Part shown: positions 55,801 through 64,000 of the stretch, in pieces | Layout: every line of letters begins with the position of its first letter | How positions within the stretch are numbered: position 1 is the first letter of the stretch | Assembly: GCA_010015805.1 (NCBI GenBank) | Contig: ML978128.1 | Coordinates: forward strand, 1,488,001-1,552,000 | Reading direction: 5' to 3' | DNA: 64,000 nt | From: Rhizodiscina lignyota | Taxonomy: Eukaryota | Program-made: the position numbers and the translations under genes | The notes under the pieces: model-generated | Databases searched by the model: none | What the model saw: only the letters and a program-made list of their open reading frames with translations | What the model was told of the DNA's origin: nothing

Positions 55801-58800
55801 TGTTCGTTCGCGAGTCGCAAAGGGCATGCAAATCTGCCTCAAGCGCGCTTGCACCCAGAATAAACTTGGGAAGGATCGCGGTTCGATGCTTGTCGGAAGA
55901 ACGTTGTCACCGGTCTCTGAGCGGTGTGATAAGCGCTTGAAAGAATCCGCCAACAGAGATGTGCAGTTTGCTATTGGCGACAAGCTAAAACTCCATGTTC
56001 CACTCAGCTTGAGAGGAATATCACGATAGGCGTTTGATCATTCGTGGCTGCGACTCAGCTCTATCTTGGGTCCCACAGCGACGCTGCAACTGTACCTATC
56101 TCGGTGGCACAGGCTCACAGCGTCATCCATGCTGAGGACACCATCTTCACGATCCCCCAGCTTGAGTCTTGACAGATGTCGAATGCGCAGTCTACCCCTG
56201 ATGAGTAGAGTCATGTTCCGCCGTAGCCTTCCAATTGGCCTTAGGCGGAAAGGTCGAACAATCCTTGAGGCTTGGGTAGGCCGTTTAAGTCCGACCGCTT
56301 TGGCGACCACTTCCATGGTGGGGTCAAGAGGGGCAGGTTGGTTCGTATCGATAACTCTAAACAAGCGATGCTCGATTGGGCGCATGCAATCACTCACGAT
56401 AGGAACGTCCATGGCGAGCAACCAGGAAAGCAGGGCAGAAAATGGACTCTTTCGAGGCGTGCACCGCGTCCAGTGGAAAAGCTCCTCAATCGCGCAGGCT
56501 GGCTTGCATCGACGCCAGACTCCATTCGATCACCAACAGCAGAGCGACTCTCCACATAGGTGAACTTGTGCATGGAGGAAGGCAGTGCATTGCACACACC
56601 TTGCCGAGATCAGGTTAGGATTAACTCCGCTGTGGCCCGCACATGGCAGCTCACTTTGCTGCGACAAGAAGGTCGCGGAAGCGGCCGGCGCGAACTATGC
56701 AGGTGCTTCACGAAAAGAAGCCAGTATAGCAGCCTTTTGCGGTCCAGAAGCTGCTCCAACGCATGTCCATCGATAGCATCTTGCTTTGACAATTCCTTGG
56801 CCTCAGGGGTCAAAGAAGCATCGTGACGATGGCACCGTTCGAATCTTCGATCCGAAGGGCAAGCTGGGCGCTGTGCACCAATCCAAAGCAATAATGCTCT
56901 CTCGGAGTCAAGGCGGCGCATGCTGCACAACCGTATTGGAGAAAAAGAAAATCTAAAATCTTCGAGGCCTGAGGAACTTGATAGAATGCCTGAATCGTGA
57001 AGGTTGTGGCATATGGCACATGACCTCGGGAAAGCCGCTCTGTAGCAAAAGTTACCAGCGTTTGGGGTTTGAGGCGCACTCGGTAAACCCAAGTCGCGGA
57101 AATTTGATCGCCAACTCTTCGGAGATTCAGGATTGCAGGACTACCACATCACTTCAAAGGCTTCGCTCGGGTCGATCTGGTCAGTGAGGGCTTCGAGCGA
57201 GTGTCTCGTGGCCCTGACTTTGCAACGCCTGTCGACTTTGCTTGTCGAGCCGTGGTCGTTCATTCACAAAGTATTGGCACAGCGGCCAATGAAACGCAGC
57301 AGAATGTCCTGAGGGACACGCGATCCAATGAAGTGGCGCGCTGAAGCAAGGCGGACAGTCCCAAGCCTCACTCGTTTCCACAATTTCCAGAAGACACGGC
57401 GGGCAGGCTGTGTGCGACACCACAGGCCAATAAGCAGGACGGCAGCCATGTGTCGTCATGAAATTGCAACGATCTTCTGCTGAGGAATGAGGAACCAGTT
57501 CAGCGGAACAAGTCTTCTCGAACAGTCCCTTGCTACCACACCGGTGCGAAACCCGGTACAGATTGAGAGGTCGTTTCATTAATGCGAAGATGACTGTCGC
57601 GCCCTACAAACGAATCGCATCACGCCGTCACCACTTTTAGCAGAAAGGAGTCTGTGTAAGAACTTTAGTTACGTGGGAGCATCTCAGCAGCCGGTCAGGT
57701 GCGTGTCCGGAAGCGACAGGGTGCAGTGGAGGATTAGGAGCATTGGCCGAGCCCACAGCGACACGCGTTTGGCAGAGGGAAGATCTGCAGCGCTTTCCCG
57801 CACCTGTGGCTTTTCAGGAGGATTTCCAGTGTGCAAGCGGGCAAGGAAAAGGATGGGGAGAGGAAAAAACAGCGTGGATCTCGTGGCCCTCGTAATCGTA
57901 AGCTTTGCGCCTCCCAAAACGGCGGCTGGGATCCGCTTGGCGGCCGGTGACCTCGACACAAAGGCCTTCGCACTGCAAATCTCGAACGGCGCAGGCGGGC
58001 GGGCGAGTGAGTGTTGAGCGGCTCCAACCACTGCGAATAGTTCATCTCGTGGTGCAGATCTGAGCCCTGCGCCGCCGGCCAACCAGCGGGCAGGAGTCGG
58101 GCAGAACCAGCATGGATGGTGCAGCAGGCCGCTGCTCGTTGGGAGGCGCTGAGGGAGCGGTTGCGACATTTTTTTTGCCTCCGCGGCTGCCAGTGCTGCC
58201 AAAGCAGAGGCTTGCCGCGCATGGCCAAGTTGCGAGAGCGAGGGGACGATGTCGCGCTAGGCCGCTCTGCGTCTGGCACGGCAGGGACGATTGGCGAGGT
58301 GCTGAATTTGGCTGGTCCCGTGCGTCGGCCTTGGCTCATCAGCAGCGCAGCAGCCATGTCTCGCCTGCTGCCCCAGCCATCCAAGCCATTCTTGGGCGAC
58401 GCACACGACGAGAGGCGCTCCGCTTTGATCATCCTTAACAATCAATGCGCCAAACCCTGCGTGGGCCGGCGCTAGGCCAACAAAGCGAAACGACGCATGC
58501 AGCTGCTTTTTGCATGCCTCCCCGTTGGCCGCCGCCAGCTCCCCAGGCCCTGCGCGCCGCTGCAACGCGAGCACCCACCCCGGCCGCGGTTGTGTCACAC
58601 CCTCACACGCCCGGGTGTCGACGAGTGCCGCACGCTGCAAATGAGACAGCGAGGGCTTGCATGCCACCAAGCGATCTTCCACACACGGTTAACGCCTGGC
58701 CGTCCCCAAGCGGCATAGCGCGGCTTCCCAGGATGGGTGCACATGGTGGCATGATTCAAGCCGACGCTTCGCCGCTAGAGCCAACGGGGCACGACCCCAG

Positions 58801-59406
58801 CAGCGCGGTTTGGTGTCAGTGCCGCTGTCTCTCCATCCTCAGAGTCACTGCTGCCGGCCGCCGGCCCTTCTTGCTTGCACGCTAACGCTCCCAGCAACTC
58901 GCGCGCAGGGATTTCGCCCGCCCCAGTTATTATTGCTGAGCACTATGCGTGCGCCTCCATTCTCGTCATGCCCGCCCGAGCAGGGCCATCCTAGCCGAGT
59001 CCTGCCACATTCCATTGCTGGGAAGGCTGAAGCCTTGTCCAACGGCGCCATCAGTTTTTGATAGTCATTCTGCCGCCTAGCAGAAGGCGGGCATACATCA
59101 TATACCACCGACCTCACCACAACGCCTCGACCTCTACCTATATCCTCATATACACTCCTTCGCTGTGCGCATTTTTTTCTCCAACGCTCCTCCAATTCCT
59201 CAAGCCTCATCCTCCCATCGCCTCTTCGCCGCCAATCACTCTTTACGACATTTGTTGTGCCTTTCCTCTTTCTGCATTCCGCCAGAGACCTGGCTGCTGC
59301 CACTCCCAATTTGGCCACTTTGGTAGTATCTGCCCGGATTGTTGTCCTTGGAGCCCTTAACTGGACCACTGAGGACGCCCTGACTATCTAGCGCATCTCC
59401 CACAGC

Positions 59407-60808
59407 ATGTTGCCGACCCCACCGGCATCTCCAACGCTCAATGGATATTTCGCCCCAGAGGATAGAATTGGCCAAGTCCTGGCAGGTTGGCTCCAGTTGA
59501 CCGGCATATTAGGTGTGGGCGCGTATGGAGTAGTCTACACAGCTGTAGACCTCCGAACAAACACGCCATATGCCGTCAAGGCGCTCAACAAGATAGGCCT
59601 GGAGCCCCGCCAGCGGAAGTTCCAGCAGAGGGAGATCCAGCTCCACTACCAGGCCAGCTTTCACCCCAATGTGGTTTCTTTGGTCAAAATCATGGACTCT
59701 CCTGACTGCACTTTCGTTGTCATCGAGTTCTGTCCAGAGGGCGATCTCTTTTCCAATATCACTGAGCGCGGGAAATACATTGGTAATGATGCGCTTGCCC
59801 GGTCTATTTTCCTTCAAATTTTGAGTGCCGTGGAATATTGCCATAATATGGGAATCTACCATCGGGACTTGAAGCCGGAGAACATCCTCGTCACAGACCA
59901 TGGCATGACAGTCAAGCTCGCAGATTTTGGATTGGCCACGACAGACCGAGTCACCTCTGACTACGGCTGTGGATCAACATTCTACATGTCACCAGGTGCG
60001 TGCATCCGTACTTCGTCAATTAGGTATTGCAGCTACTAACCAGCTCCCAGAGTGCCAACAAGCACACCCGAAGCCATTCTCAAGCTACGCTTCAGCACAA
60101 AATGACATCTGGTCACTCGGTGTCATTCTTGTAAACCTAACATGTGGCCGCAATCCGTGGAAGCGTGCATGCTTTGAAGATTCCACTTTCAGGGCATACA
60201 TGCGGGACCGGAAATTTCTCAAGTCCATTCTTCCTCTTTCCACGGAGTTGAACAACATCCTGAGCCGGATTTTTGAATTGGACCCTGCCAAGCGGATATC
60301 CATTCCGGAGTTGAGGGACCTCATCAACAGCTGCGAAAGGTTTACCACCTTCCCGGCACCACCAATGCCAGTGCAGCAGCCAATCACCCCACCATACTCA
60401 CCGGTTGCTTGCGCGCAGGGCATCGTTCCATTCTGCATTCCGGAGCAGATCCCGGCCATCCCCCAACTTCCATCACTAATGGCACCCATCTCTCCAATGG
60501 TCCTGCCACAAACGGAACCACTCACCCAACATCTCTCCCAGCTTTCAGACTCGTCTGCTAGCAGCGGTTCTGATAGTGGATCCGTCTTCTCGGACGCCTC
60601 TTCCACCTCATCAAACTCGTCCACATCATCCTTCTCACAGCTACCTCAGCTGTCTCCGCTGTCTCCTCCTCTAAAAGCAGCAACACCATTAGTGGTGCAA
60701 TCATCATACGTTCCATCGGTGCCGTCTCCCTGGTATGTCCACAAGGTTGCGAACTACATCCAGGGATTCCAGGCTCATACGACTTCGCGCCCGCTCCATG
60801 TCTACTGA
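59407..60808 (+). CDS. Ser/Thr protein kinase, Ran1/Pat1-Sks1/Vhs1 type, 2 exons
   Basis: [33 protein letters not shown] (completed across intron 59996-60050) and [12 protein letters not shown]-terminal MLPTPPASP. Confidence 0.95.
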
Positions 60809-63800
60809 GTAACATGGGCTCGTCGCTTCGGAAACAATCTCCCGGGGAGGCCTTTTCCGCTACTGTGTTCATAATTCACAATTTTTCTGCTCATTTTTAT
60901 TGAAAAGTTTACGACGGAACGATGTACGCAAGGTGTCCAGGTGTCGGATTGCAGTATTCCCAGTTTTCAGCGGATAGACCTGGATTCCACTTTTTCAGGG
61001 GATCGGGATTTCATGGGGACCACGATCAATGTCAAAAACCTGCGGAGTTGGCCCGTTCAAGACCGCGGTTTGCAGGAGCATTAATATTCTTTTCTTGTTC
61101 ATCCTTTTGTTACGAACAAAAATCATTGTAGTCAGGTGCAGTTGGCGAGGAATATGCCTAGAAGGAAGGGAAAGCGTTGTGATCACAGGGAAAAATCAGG
61201 AGTTCTGTAAACCACCTGCAAAGGATGCGGACATGGACACGAGTCAGATTCGTCGTTTTCTCATTAGCATTTTCAAGGAGTCCACGACCATGGCAGATGC
61301 ACCAGGGGGCATGTCTGTTTTTCCAACTTTTTGCGTCTTCTTTGGACGCTGTCCACATTCGTTTCAGAGATACCAGAGCACCACTTGGCTCCCACTTCAA
61401 CGTTATATTCTGTATAATAGCCTGACAAAGAGGGATATGAAAGACGCTGCAAAGCGGCCTGATACGGAGTAAGCTTGTCACAAACAGACACTAGACACAA
61501 ATACATGGCAAAATGCTTGTGGTCCTGACTCCTTCTAGAAGGGAAGGCCTCAGCATCTTGTTTCGAAAGTCCGCAAAACATGGATGTTTGGTACTTCGAT
61601 CGCAAGATTTGCAGGATTCCAATATTGCCGGTCATATGGGCACTCCAAGGGGTTGTGATATCGACGTTGATACGGACCTGTTGAGCCATACAAAGCCCCT
61701 GGAATAATAATCGTGCACGGCAAGTGTACGCAAGCATTTTGCACTAGGTAGGAATCAGGTTCGCCATATCAGGTACATACTCCACGCCTCGCTGCCAATT
61801 GGCAAGAATCGGCGAGGGCAACGATCAGATCAATAAGCTCCCGTCCAGGCCCACACTCGGGTTCATCAAAAGAGTCAGCCTGGCGATCATAGGACGTTGA
61901 ATTAATGGATGAAAGGGAAAATTCACAGCCTTGCACATCCTCCGGGCACCATTGTCGATAGCTCGGACCAAGCTATCGACCATCGCCCACCGGATGACAT
62001 TCTGGAACGAGTGCCTGGCAGCGTTGTCCCTGTCAGAATCGCATCCACCAGGTCGTGCAATTCCACTCATCCCCGGGACGGACTAATGCGCAGTTGCGCA
62101 TTGCCAATAAACACGCTTGCACCGGGGTTGCACCTCGCTCACGTTTTTTGCCACCGTCCAAAGCGACTTGTTGCATCATTCAGCAATCATCGTGCTCCTG
62201 CCCCACCATTCATGTGCCCAGCCTCTCCATGCCGCCATGCGCGCTCTTGCCCAAGCTCCATGCACACTCCATGCCATCAATCTCATCAATTTATCCCGTG
62301 TGGCCAATCACGACGGCCGATGCGGACAAGGCGCGCCGTCGCCAGAGGGCCCTCCGATCGCAGGGCCGTCCGCCGGTGAGAAAATGGAGGGCAGAGCCTC
62401 TGCAGGAGGGCGCGCCTCCCAGCGTTGATTTGATTGTCAGAAAGTCAACCTTAGGCAGGTCTTGAGGCAAAATGCGGGCAGGGCAGCCAATAACGCGACC
62501 TGTTCTTCACCGCCGGTACCACACCCTCATGTGCTGCGCACGCGTCCTGCGGGTACCAGCGGGCCCATTGGGGAGGGCGAGCTGGGCTGGGAACGCCATC
62601 TTCGATGAGTCCATCTCCTGTCCTCGCGAGAGCAGTCTCGGACCGCAGACGTTCAGGTTCATCGCTGGGCGCCCGCCTCGCGAGGCTGGCTTTGTAGCCT
62701 GTTCTGCACCTAGGCACTTCCCGTCTTGTCGCGCATGTCAGCACGGCTAGAGGTGCGCGCATCATGAGCCCGTCAAAAATCACCCTCGGTGGGTCAGGCC
62801 ATTGTCACTTGGGTTCGCCCCACGGGTAAAGCTGAAAGCCATGGCCATATGACGCTTCTTTGCGCGCACTCTACACGCCATGCTCACCCTCTGCGGAAGT
62901 GGCAGGCGAAGTACGTACCCCGTCCAGCCGGAAGTACGAAGCCCATCCACCAAAAACGTGGGACCACTCTCACGCACAAGCGCAGACAAGACGCCTTGTT
63001 TCTGCTCTAGTCCCAGGGTTCAGATTGACAGCAAAGACTAAAGAGGGAAGCAGACAGGGTCAGATCCTTGAGAGATCCTCTAGGATGACATGTGCGCCTC
63101 GAGATCGATCTCGAAGAAGAATGTAAACGATAAACGATATCCCACATCGCGGCTGATATCGATCGTCGATGAGACAAAGGAAAACGTGCTTGCTGATCCG
63201 GAGGGCTCTGCTTCTGGATGGATCTGTTAATTTCCTTCTCGGCGAATCTCACGGAGCCGATGAGGATCGTTAATTGCTATGCTAAGATTTCACCTCGATG
63301 TTCCACGTGACACTGCTCGTTTCACGTTCATGCTCTCGTCATGCGCAGCTCGTCTCTGTTATCTGTTGCACTTGCCAAGGATCCGTTTGGTGAAAGTTCG
63401 ATACAATTGCTCTCTATCTGGGACATCGCTGTTCAGAAACGAAGTATTGGATTCCGCCAAGTGGACGATATTCGGTTCATCGCAGGCTGCATGACACAAA
63501 GGATTCCAGACTGTTTCTCCTTGAACATCTACCGGATCTACGGGGTATCGGTCCACTGCGTGTGTCTCAAGTGGAAACATTGAATCTCGTGAATGCAGCT
63601 GAGACTGTCGCGTGTCCTTGCCTCTGCTGTCTAGCAGCTCAGAACTGCATCGTGCCTCTGAGCATCTACAGTGCATTGAGACAGCCATCGTATTCGCAGT
63701 AGTCTAGCCAGAATCTTCAAGAATTGCAGCAATATTCTGAACCGTGGCGAATTCAATATTTTCGTGCTCGACGGGTAGGCACTTGATCGCACATCTTGTG

Positions 63801-64000
63801 TGATTCCAGGTCGTTGCCTTGTACTTCGTGTGGACTTGCCCCGAAGCCTCGTCGATGGCGCAGGCATAATTCGTGACACCCGACCAAACGCCTCCTCGTG
63901 CAACCATATCTCCAACGGGCCCAGCTGTTGACTCCTACCCTGCGTCTATCCGAGAACGACTCGAAACCGGGAAGTGGTACAGTGTCGGCTACTGGCGGCA

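Noticed and set aside
57673..59369. Overlapping 100-235-aa ORFs on both strands
   Set aside because: Arg/Ala/Pro-rich products expected by chance in GC-rich DNA upstream of the kinase; no domains seen.
1..64000. tRNA, rRNA or snRNA genes
   Set aside because: None recognised by eye; tRNAscan-SE or Infernal would be needed to exclude them.

Overview
Gene-dense window from a filamentous ascomycete (Pezizomycotina-type): short GT-AG introns with CTRAY branch points and a few TpA-rich patches consistent with RIP. I built about 23 gene models by hand from the ORF track plus splice signals. Core-like genes include the Aquarius/Cwf11 spliceosomal helicase, a thiolase, a UFD1-domain zinc-finger protein, AlaX, NADAR and a Ran1/Sks1-type kinase. 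An accessory-looking oxidative block at about 19-37 kb holds an esterase, a flavin oxidoreductase, a bacterial-type ALDH, an ADH, a GFA protein, a P450 and a ferric reductase, interspersed with transposon relics; one relic is a clean 549-bp hAT-type element with an 8-bp target-site duplication. The most notable items are: (1) a 24-aa, 7-Cys metallothionein-like gene absent from the ORF track, whose stop codon is only formed by splicing; (2) a tight head-to-head AlaX/NADAR pair, each with an in-frame upstream extension resembling a mitochondrial presequence; (3) a UFD1 + zinc-finger + AZUL-like + UBA-like protein head-to-head with an F-box-like Cys-rich protein; (4) a 498-aa orphan with nucleoside-hydrolase-like topology but no Asp motif. 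Family assignments come from recognising motifs by eye; no database searches were run.
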